A stretch of 63,296 nucleotides of DNA, counting the filler, from Octopus bimaculoides (lineage: Eukaryota), in NCBI RefSeq assembly GCF_001194135.2. It is 3 parts of 3 records of this genome, joined end to end, with 100 filler letters (N's around TTAATTAATTAA, not from the genome) between each part and the next. Parts side by side here need not be neighbours in the genome. Positions count along the whole stretch, not along the records: positions 24,434 to 54,763 come from NC_068991.1; 2 more parts are not named here. One strand, 5' to 3'. A program made the position numbers and the translations under genes. Under the pieces are notes generated by a model. The model saw only the letters and a list, made by a program, of their open reading frames with translations. It ran no database searches and was not told the DNA's origin. Of this stretch, positions 27,972-39,818 are shown one piece after another; within the stretch, counting starts at the first letter, position 1, and every line of letters starts with the position of its first letter.

Positions 27972-28351
27972 TATTTATAGTATTATTAACATGTAAATGT
28001 ATTTGGTCAATATTTGCACACTATATCTATCTAGCCAATCTGTTATCATTAAGTTAATGTTGCATGGTCAGGACTGTTTATGGTGACTACCAATTTGTTG
28101 TTAAACACAGTTTCATTGTATACTACTTGGATAACATTGACAAACTATAATAGTCAGTTAGAACTGCTCTCAGAAGTTTTGAATTTAATCACTGTCGTGG
28201 ACTTATGTAATTAATATAAGCATAACATTTATGAATTTTATGCATGCTGTAATGATACAAGATAAAGCATAACGTTTCAAAATATCATTCTGAGAATCAA
28301 ATTTGAAAACAAACTTAATATTTTGAGTTTTTTAATTTTTTAAATTTTTAG

Positions 28352-28420
28352 CCGTGCTCAAAGGCCATTGAGCATGCCTCTTTACAAACTCAAAGTATGG
28401 ATAGAAGATTCAAAGTTTGC
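28352..28420 (+). CDS. SPATA17: Tentative first coding exon of SPATA17-like gene (ATG at 28374: MPLYKLKVWIEDSKF)
   Basis: T-rich acceptor (ttttttaaatttttag) and GC|gtaagt donor. It ends in phase 2, compatible with the 30111 exon. No recognisable homology in the peptide. Confidence 0.4.
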
Positions 28421-31400
28421 GTAAGTTAAAGCAATTTATTTTCTTTATACATTTTCATACTTTCCTTTCTTATTTTGTATTTTTGTAAGCTGTAAGCTGC
28501 TTACTATAACAATTACCACTGCAGTTTTCTGTCCCTTTTGTTCTGCACATAAGCTAGAAAGTTCTCAATATCTCATGAACTTGCTCACATCATTTCTCAT
28601 AGCTTTTCACAATAGGTATCATATGATCATTTGGAAATGTTATTTGCAGTAGACCAGTATCCTATCCAAAGGAAGATTTATATCTCTTCCATTTGCCAAA
28701 GCAGACATTGGAGTATGATGCTGTCCTTGGGCCCTTAGGATCCTGTCAAACTGTCCTGCACATGCTAGTATGGAATATGGATGTTGAATAATGATGATTA
28801 TGATGATGAAAATGGGAGCTCAACCATAAAACCCCTTTGGACATAGTAAACTATAGAAATCTAACATCTAAACACCTGTAAAAGAAAAATGAAAGAAAAA
28901 AGCATAGAAAGCTATACGAACCAATAGCTTAACCTTAATATACTTAGTAATCTTTCTGCCATAAAAAGAGAAGAACATATGGATAATGTAATCCTAGATA
29001 CAGTTACATGAAAAACAAATCAGGGTGGTTACAACTAGAATATTTTTGATCATATGTCTGGAGGATTAGGGTGAACTAGAACTATCTAAACAACATAAGA
29101 AAAATTAAACATATTGAATAAATAGTTACAAAATTAAGTTAAGTTTATTAATTCATAAACTGTAAATTAACCCTTTTGTCGTCATATTTCTGTTTAAAGA
29201 CACTGTCTTTGTTTCAATTAATTTTGAAAATAATGAAGAAACTTTGTCATTATTAAACTGGTGTTTGGAATATAAAGTAATATGAAGTTTTGATGGGAAC
29301 TTTTAATTCAGATCACTTTAAAATAGAACGTTTGTACCACAGATCCAGAAGTGGTCTCAGGCAGGATGGTATCAAAAGGGTTAGTTATGTTTGTTCTGAG
29401 GATTTAAGTACAAATGACTCTACATAACACAAAGTGAAAAAGAGAGTAGCTTGTTGTGGTACAAATTCTTGTTCATTGATGACCTGATGTATTGATCTCA
29501 ATATACTTACTCTTCTTTCTTCCATAAAAAGAGGACATATGAATAATGTAATCCTAGAAACTGTTGTAATGCATGCTTCATATATTCTTCATTAAGCCCC
29601 AGATTAACTCTTCAAATAATGTAAGATACATACACACACACATAGTATATTGCTTCATCAATTGGTGGGATCAACAAAAAATGTGTTCTATCTGGTGAGA
29701 GATAAATATTGTTATATGCACAGCATTTAAAATTGAGCTTCTATAATTTTCATACTCAAGATTGTACTATAGTCGGGTGACCGTGTATAATATGTCATGT
29801 ACTATCAAGTAATTTTTCATCTTTTCTTACTTTTTCTCAGAGAACAATTGTGTTGTATCCTGAATCTGAAAGACTGCTTGATAGTACATGGCACACTATA
29901 CTATAATACATGGTACATATCTGTCGTACTTTTTGTAAGCATGAAACTTATAGTAGCTTAATTTTAAATCTTGTATCTATAAAATCTCACAAACACATAC
30001 ATGTGCGCACACACATGCATGCACACACACACACACACACACACATACATAGTTTTCCACAATTCCTATTTGCAAATTCTGTAACCGCCATAATTTCTCT
30101 CTTTTGGTAGACTCCGCACTGATGCTGCTATTGTTATTCAGCGAAACTGGCGAGGGTACAAAGCTCGTGTCTACTTCGCTCATTACTTTTGGGTAAGTGT
30201 TGAAACTCATCTGTCATTCAGTGTAGATGACTGACTGACTGTCTGTTACTGCTTTGACTGGCTGACATGCTTTAGCTGCTGGACAAACAACCAGACTGGT
30301 TGGCAGTATGTGCCCTGTCACCAGTATTTCTACTAATTGCAATGTCATCACCAGTTCAGATATGCTTGTGGTATGTTTGGACTCATACACAAACCATTCA
30401 CTGTGCTTTGTCATGGAGAAAATTTCTCGTGGTAGACAAATGGTGTAAATACATCTAAATCAGTTCATGATGCCACCTATCTAGACTGTGAGATGCAAGC
30501 ATTTTGGAGTGGTTATCTCCTCTTTGGTCACAGACACTAGGCAGTAGATGCTGTGAATTGATAAAAGTGATTGTTTCTCTTATATTATTTCAGTCAATGT
30601 ACAGTTACAGATAGCGCTATGTGGCAGCTCACCATAAGCAAATTACAGAGGGGGAGCGCTAAGCAGTGATGTGTATAAATGCAATGTTATTATCAGTTCA
30701 CAGCATCCCCTGCCTAGTGTCTGTGACCAGAGAAGAGAATACCACTCCAAAATGCTTCCATCTCACAATCTAGATAGTGGTACTGCAAACTGATTTCGGT
30801 GTATTTACACTCATTTGTCTGCAATGAGATATTTTCTCCATGACAAAACACAGTGAATGGCTCGTTTATGGGTCCAAATGTGCCACAAGCATATTTGAAC
30901 TGATAATAACATTGCATTTATACACATCACTGCTTAGCACTTCCCCTCTGTAATTTGCTTATGATGAGCTGCTACATAAATAAACATCACATCACTGAAA
31001 TCTTGAAGTCACAAGATAATGACACTAGGCAGGGGATGCTGTGAACTGATTTAGTCTAGATAGGTGGCACCATGAACTGATTTAGATGTATTTACACCAT
31101 TTGTCTACCACGAGAAATTTTCTCCATGACAAAGCACAGTGAATGGTTTGTTTATGAGTCCAAACATACCACAAGCATATCTGAACTGGTGATGACATTG
31201 CAATTAGTAGAAATACTGGTGACAGGGCACATACTGCCAACCAGTCTGGTTGTTTGTCCAGCAGCTAAAGCATGTCAGCCCATCAAAGCATGATTAATTC
31301 AAGATAATGTGAATAAATAAACATTGCATTTGACAGAATAATCTGAATGCTAAAGTTTTGAATAAAACTCAATCATTAACTTACTTCAATTAATCTAACT

Positions 31401-34400
31401 GCTTATCTTAGACAAAACATACAGCCTCACTTATCTTAGCCAAATTTCTATATTCCTTAATTTAACCAAATAGTTCATTATGTAAAAATCAGTTATTTTA
31501 ACAATTTGTAGAAGCATCAAACCCATGCATCAACTCTGTAGAACTATTTAATGATATTATCGCTTCAATGTATAAAACAAAGTGATTGACTGAATTGGTA
31601 GGGTGCCAGACAACATGTTGTGTGATAATTACTTAGTGTTTTAAGTTCTGAGTTTAATTACAGCTGGGATCAACTTTTTCTTTCATCCTTCCAGAATTGA
31701 TTTAATCAATGATGCACCCCACGAAAACATAAAATAAATCAAAATAAATTGAGTGGCTTTGTGCCAAAATTAGACATCAATATTTCAGTATATAACCTTC
31801 CACAAACTGAATGTTTAGTCCTTATTTTGACTTTAAATTCTTCATTATTGATTTTCTTGTTACTTTTTATCTTTTGTAGACGAGATATTATGAAAAATGT
31901 ATAAATCATTATGAAAAAATGGCTACTAAGGTTTGTTTCTTTTACTCTTTGAGACTTTCCCTCTTATTCTTTTATCCTTTTTCTACTGATAGCAGTTCTT
32001 CACAGTGGACTATCTGAGGGTTTCTCAGTTGAGTTTATCAGCCCCAATACTTTCTGAGGTACTTTTTTTATCCATCTCTATTTACTGAATGGCTATGTTC
32101 ACCTAAGTGATATAAGCACAAAGTATTTTTGGTTTAATGCACCAATTTATTGACCATCCTCATCCTCTCTCAACTCTGTCTCTCTCTCATACACACACAC
32201 ACAGTGAAGGAAGGTGCACTGAAAGAAAAGTATCCACAATCAGAACAAGGTGAAAAAAGTGCAGAGTGTGCTATTACCTCTACTGATAACAAAGAGTAGA
32301 TTCTTGAAGCATCATCTACCTCCAAACAAAAGCAGATAATGCTTATGTATGAAGTGCAATGTTGTATGGTAGCAAAATATGGACATTGAATGGATAGGAT
32401 GGGTAAAGGCTACAAAGAAATGAAGTGAATATGCTCCACTGAATATGTAATGTCAGTGTACATGAATGATGATGCACATATCAAACAAAAACTGGATATG
32501 AGAGTAATCAGAAGTAGTGTACAAGATAGCATTGGTATGAACATATGCTTCATATAATTGATGATAGTTGAGTAAAGAAGTGATTAAATATCAAAGTGGA
32601 AGGTAGCTGCTGTGGAAAAGGAAAATCAAAGATGACACGAACAGCAGAAGTGGTGAAAATGTTGGAAAGGAGCCATCCAACCCATGCAAGCATGGAAAAC
32701 AGTCATTAGAAAAAAAAAAGAATGTTGCAGATTTGATAGTGTTTTTCTTCATTCACATTCCATCCTTTACACTGATATGTTTCCACTTTTACAATTGCAC
32801 ACACATACGCACGTATGCATGCACACACACACACACACACAAACATATGTATATGATTTCACTTTTCATTCTTCTGTAATTTTCTGCATTCCAGTGTGAT
32901 CCACAGTAAATAAGGTGACAGCATGCATAAGATAATACTCCATCACTACCACAATTTTTAATGTTCATTTCACTACGCTTGCTAGGATGAACAGGTCATT
33001 TTCACCACTTCATCAAAAGTCCTCTTCGGCTATCAAGATTAAATGCCCAGGAAAACTAATGAAAGGGATCTTGTTTCACAAATCTTGGTTTCAAAGGCTG
33101 CTGTGCATGACTGTGGCTTCGAATCGATTGATGAACCTCCCTTTCTGGTTTGACCCCATCTGATTGTGATCTGTTCTCCAACATGATAAAATACTTCTCT
33201 GGGAACCAGTATCATAGTAATAATGACTTCATATCTTCTGTAGATGACTTACTGACCAGCAAGATGAAATATTCACCAATGGAATCCAAGCACTGCAACA
33301 CTGATGGAAGAAGTGTGTGGAGGGGAACTATGTTGAAAAATAAACCTCATTTCCTCACATTCCATGAGAGTGTCTTAGTCAGCCTAGGAACTTTTCAGCT
33401 GACCCTCATGTGTATATATATATATAAATTGAAGTGTACAGTATTATATATCTATTATGGCCAATCTTACCAATCAGTTTTGAGTGATGTTCGACGGAGT
33501 ATTAGGTAACAGCCTGATTATGCAACTCTGCACTCTTCAGAGATAGCAGTTATGGAATTGTAGTGAAACCACCTCTCTCACGGTTATATATTTACAAATG
33601 CGAACGTAGCAGGAAACAACTCTTTCCCGCCTTGCTGTGTCATCACCTGACTGACTTTTATTTTCGCGGCATTTGCCTCCAGTCCGTTCGCGCCAGGACG
33701 CAAACCGACCAACCATAGCCACTAATAAGGTCACATGAGAGAGTGTTTTTCTGATGCTTTCTGGAGCCTCTATTTTCCTATAAATAGCCTGCTAGATACG
33801 TGCCAGTTCGTCGCGGCTACAGATCTTCTAAGATCTGGTTGTAGACCACACACGTAACACAGCCAGCCAGTTTCCAGCGACGACATCACCAGCATCGTTC
33901 AATTATGTACTACAAGCATCGTCGCCAACGTCAACATGATTTCTCCACGTACACAAGCAACTGCAGCTTCTCTTCTCAACCCTGTTTGTGTGAATCGCCT
34001 CACCACAAAATTAACAGCCAGAATTCAACCTGCGAAGAACATCTGTATCAAGAATCCGGCCTGGCATCGAAGCCTCAACTACACGACAAGTGACTTAGCT
34101 CTGCCTCAACCTTAACCTCTTATATACAGACTTTCTAACTACTGTGTACCTTAACAGAACTGGTATATTCTTATCCGTGTTACTGACTCTTATCTATACT
34201 CTGTATCTCTTGCATTCACATACATATATTTGTACACATACACCACTTTGTTTACATGACGGCCTGTCTTATATTGTGTTTTATTATGTCGCATACACTC
34301 ACACAAAGACATACAGTTTAATGCTCTAATAAATCTTACTGTTATTCATCTTTATCGGTTGCGTTTCTATCTTCCTTACTGGCACTCCTTCGCATTTCAC

Positions 34401-37400
34401 ATGCAAATTCTCTATGTTATAGTATTATAACATATCTTTATATTTTTGTGTCGACCGTGCGACGCGTTAAAAAAGGAGCCTGTTTTCCATTCGTCACCAT
34501 TTCTCCTTTGGTTCGCACGGTCGTTCTACAGAATGAAATATGGAGGTGAACAGACACATCCGGTTTGTAGTTGCTGTGTAAAAGATGATGAAACGAACCA
34601 AGCAAGGGTTTATTTAAGAGTTATGTCCCTTGGCACGAAAGCATCATCATCATCATCATCATCTCTGGATGTGATGTGAAGGAACAAGAGTTTTCTGGAA
34701 AAGAGTGTATGGGAAAATATGTTTTAGAGTTGGTTTTCCTATAGAACCGGGATGTGTGCAGTGATATTATATGTGCAGCCTTTTCGAGGTGGGTACTCAA
34801 AGGCTGCATAGGCATCTGTGTGTTCGGTTGTGTGTTTTTGTTTTATGTTTTAGTTAAAACTTTGGTTAAATTCTTTGGGGGCATGTATGCATGTAGTGTG
34901 GAGGGGTACCTGTATTGGTGGGGGTAGAAAAGGGACTATTGGGTGGGTGTTTGTCATGTTAAGGCATGTGTGTCTGTGAGTGCATCTGAGCTAGAAACAT
35001 CGATGTCTGAGAATCTTAATAGATGGTGACACTGAAGAGATAGGGTGTTTCCACACCTTTTTACTATAAGAAAAAATTTTTCTCTATGTTAACTGCAGTG
35101 AATTTGCCTTTTCGCAGTTGAAATATGTCACAAACATTTTCTAACTAATCTAAACTTTGCTTCTGCCTAAACACTATTTAGTGCTAATATTTCAGTAATT
35201 TCCACAATCTGGCGATCTACCAGCACAAATCAGTCAATGTTGTATTTTACATGAAGCTCTTGCTTTATAAGATCTGTTCAGAGTTGACTCTCTTAGGTAC
35301 TTCCCATTGATAAAAGCCAACGAGCTAGAAACATTGATGTCTGGGAATCCTAATAGATGGCAACACTAAACAGATAGGGTGCTTCCACACCTTTTTACCA
35401 TAAGAGAAAAGTTTCCTCTACAGTAACTGCAGTGAATTTGCCTTTTAGCAGCTGAAATATGTCACAAACCTATCTTAACTAACCTAAACTTTGCATATAT
35501 CTATATATATTTCTCATTCAGATTCAGAAAGTATGGAAAGGATATTACAGTCGGAAATACATTCTAAATTTCTACAAGCGTAAGCATCAGCTGAAGTTGA
35601 TTATTGAAAAGAATTCTTACTATCTGTAAGTAGACTGATTCTCTAATCATATTTATCAATATGTCTTTTGTGATAGTTTTACTTCTCTAGATCTATTTTA
35701 TAGACCTACCTGTAGCTTCTGTCACAATCCAATGAAGGAGCCTGTATGCATTTACTTAGTTGTATGTCTGCATGCTTGATTAAACCTGACCTGGTGTTGA
35801 ACAACAATTCTATCTTTTAATATTATGCAATCATAAAGCTAGAACATTTCTATGCCTTTCTACTATCAGCTACCTCTATTCTGGTTACTATTTGTTCTTA
35901 TTGCATATCGATGGGAATGAGCATTTCTGTGCAGTCTAGAAGTTTGCTTCACAACTATGGGGTTTCAGGTTTGATCTCATTGGATAGCGCTTTTGTCAAG
36001 TGTCTATTATCATAGCTTTTGATCAACCAATGGCACATGAGAGAAATTTTGTTGCAGAAAATTGTTTGGAAACCTGTCAAGGAAACTGTTTCTGCTCCTG
36101 GATAGTAGACACCATTTGTTGCCCAGTTTAACATCATCATCTGGCCTTTATGTATCTGCAGTGAAATCCAACTCTGCTACAAGCATTCAGGCCTAACAAT
36201 AATACCTTTTCTCCCTTCCTTCTACCAATCATAGAGGCCCTGAAAAAAAAGGTTGCATGTACTGCACTCCCTTGTCTGAATAAGTCATCACAAAAAAATT
36301 TTTAATAATTCCTGGGCCTGGGTGAAGGTGGTATGAGACCAGCCAGCTCTAAAGAACTGAGGCTACTATGGCAGTGGTAGAAAAGACAGTGAGAAGATAA
36401 TATGCTGTGGGCCAGAATTTCAGTGTGTTGCTGCACATTTCAGTTGGGTGGATTGTTTTTCCCTTTTCTCTGTCTAGAATGTTAATATATGCAGCAACAA
36501 CACTGTTTCAGATATGGGAACAATACTCCATTGTAGAAAGTTAACAACTGAACACATCAAGTATTTTCACTGCCTGAAAAGGGGAGGTCAGTTTTTGCTA
36601 TATTTTGTATGCAAAATCACTGAAAGACATCAATGATTTCGTGGTCTAGGCATTTGTAGTGACCTTGAGAGTTTTAGCTGTGTGTTGTCCATGAAGGACG
36701 ATCTGATTACTGGAATCTTGTCTCTTTAATTTTATTTTAGTACACACATTGCTGATTTTGCAAAGAAAAAGAGTGATATTGAAAATGAAATTATCATGAA
36801 TTATAAACAACAACTCCAGAAAACTCAAGCTTATAAGAAACATCATCTAATAAGTACAGCAGTCATTCCTGGCGTTTATAATTCACCATTTGGGTAAGGC
36901 AGTTAATACATTTCATTCCACATATTGTTACCTGTTAATAACAGATGAGAATACTTTGTAAATTTAACCACTATCTCATAAACTTTTGTGTAGTAAAACA
37001 TCTTGGAATATTCCCTTTCAAACTCAGAGCAACCCATAACATTGAAAGGCCACACCTGAAACATTTACTTCCACTTTTTTTCACAGCATATCAAACATGC
37101 TTGTCCTGATTGTATATTTACTAACTGATTTCTGCTGTTATAGACCATTACTAGCACCCACTTTTGATGACTAAGCTTGTTTAGTACTGCAAAAATACTT
37201 ACAAAATCCTGAGATTATACAATAATAAAATTCACAAATTCTCTCTGTTATACTATCACTCAGTTGTGGGGTTCTTTATCTTACAAGTTGCAGCGTGACC
37301 TCATTAATGTTGCTGCCATGAGAAAAAAAGCACCCTGTACACTCTGCAAATTGGCTAGCATCAAGAAGGGCATTGAGCCATAGAAACCATGCCAAAGTAA

Positions 37401-39775
37401 ACATTGGAGTATGACACAGCCGTCTAGCTTGCCTGCTCGTGTCAAACCATCCAACTCTTGTCAGCATGGAAAACAGATGTTAAATGGTGGAGCATATTTG
37501 ATTTTAATGTTTTGTATTTTGAATTAATTCTAATTCTGTTAGAGTTTTCATCATTCTGCTCAACTAATTCTGTCTTTCCGTGAATGTGTATTGTAAATCA
37601 CAGAATTAGTTTTGTTAGTTTTCAATACTGAATTCAGTCCTTGTAAGGGTTAATATAATTAAGAGTCAACCACTCCAGAGTATCTTCTCTAAGAGAGTGT
37701 GGAACGGTTGGAAAATTTAGAGTTCAGTTTCCCCTATGATACTTTTAATGTTTCTGTTTATCATTTAAGGGATAATAAAACAGATCGCAAATATATATAT
37801 ATGGAAGAGGAAGAGACAACTGATATAATCCATTGTCTCTTTCAGTTTTATGGCATTGTACCAATGTAAGTAAATTGCTGATATGTGGAGGTAGTTCTGT
37901 AGAATAGGTTCATCAGGTCTGTGAGAAAGTTGCCATTAGTAAGTGCTGTTTTCAGGAGATGATTCCTTAGTCTTTAACAGGGAGTTTTGTTTTAAAAATT
38001 TTAATTCATGTAGTAAGAGGTTGATATCAGAACTGTCATCTGGCCATAATACACTACTTCAAACAGTCCCATCCAACCCATGCCACATGGAAAAGTAGAC
38101 ATAAAAATGATGATGATGGTGTTCAACAACTTAGCATTTAAACCAGCCATATTTGGCCTAAATATTCTATCAGTTTTATGTTCAAACTGGCCAGATCTAG
38201 CGTCTTACACCCACCCTACAATGTCATTCTAAAATTAAACAATCACATCATTGAAATCTCAAAGCTTTGAGGTTAATTCAGAACAATGTGAACAAACAAG
38301 CGTTACATTTGACAGTGTAATCTGAATGCTAAAGGATTAAATAGCATTTGATTAAAAATAATTTGTGTGTATATACTTGATAGTATATATTTTCAATATA
38401 TTCTGCTGGGCTGTCGTGTTTACAGTCAACATTGTATTGTTTTGATAGTGAACTTATTTGTTACGCTACTTTTAGCTATATGATATCAAATCATCTATCC
38501 AAACAGATAGAGTAAAAGCCCCAGACGACCCAAAACTTTAAAAATGTATGTAAATTTTGTCTGTATTTATGTGTATGAAAAACCCTATTTCACTGTTTCC
38601 TTACCTAATAGAAAATATCTAAAATATTTGTTTTGTGTAAGTCAGAACCATGAAGCTGAGAATTTCCTGAAATCTTTGTGCTTCACTGAGAGAAAACCTT
38701 TGAAAAAACCACCAGTTATCGCCTCTAAGGAATATGAACAATTAGTCTTGGAAAAATCGGCTGGTCTTAAGAAGCCTCAGGTAGAAATTCTTTTTTAATT
38801 AATCGTAAGGCAGTAAGCTGATAGAATCATTAGCACGCAGACAAAATTCTTAGTAGCATTTCATCTATCTTGACATTCCAAGTTCATATTCTGCTGAGGT
38901 CAACTTTATACCATTCATCCTTTTGGAGTCAATAAAATAAGTATCAGTTAAGCACTGGGATCGATGTAATCAACTAGCTACTTCCCCAGAAATTTCAGGT
39001 GTTGTGCCTACAGTAGTTAAAATTAGCTAATTAATCTAGAGTTGGTCATGTTGATAGCATGTTGAACTGGTGAGTGGAAGATTGATGGTTCATATTCTGT
39101 CATTGGCACTAAGCCCATGTACATTTGTCTCATGCAACATCAGTTCACCTACAGGTAAACTGATGCTGCAAAAGACATGATGTAGAAGTGCTCAAAGAAG
39201 GCATGAAAAAATCATTCTCGTATATTCTTCTTTTGACCAGATCTCTTCAGTGGTGTACCAATGATCCATTAGAGTTATAGGTCCATTCTGTTAATCTACT
39301 ATCTTATCCTTCTGTTACTAATTCTATCATTCTTTAAATCACTGAATTAATGAGACTTTTCTTAGCTTGCAAGTAAAGCTCAAGTTTTAAGGGAGGACTA
39401 TAAAAGTAGAAGGAAACCTTTGCAGAATATCTTCTGCAAGAGATCTTGAGTTCACTTGGAACAATTAGTGTTCAATATCCTCATGAAACCTCAATCTGTT
39501 TAAATCGGTTTAGAAAATAAAATTATTAGTTGATCTTTCCACACTGGAAAAAATAAGGTTATACACTGAAACCTTCTATGAGCCATTGTCAAATTGTTTC
39601 AGTTTAACTGTCTGTAAACTAAACATCATTTCACACTTGAGTGGCTGTTAAGGATAAGATCACCAAATGTCAACGTCTTTTTCATAACTACAATGGTTCA
39701 CTATGAAACAAGGTACATAGCTTTCACGCTACCCAACTTAAAATCAAGCAACCTCTCCCTTCTCTCTCTCTCTCA

Positions 39776-39818
<43 letters not shown>

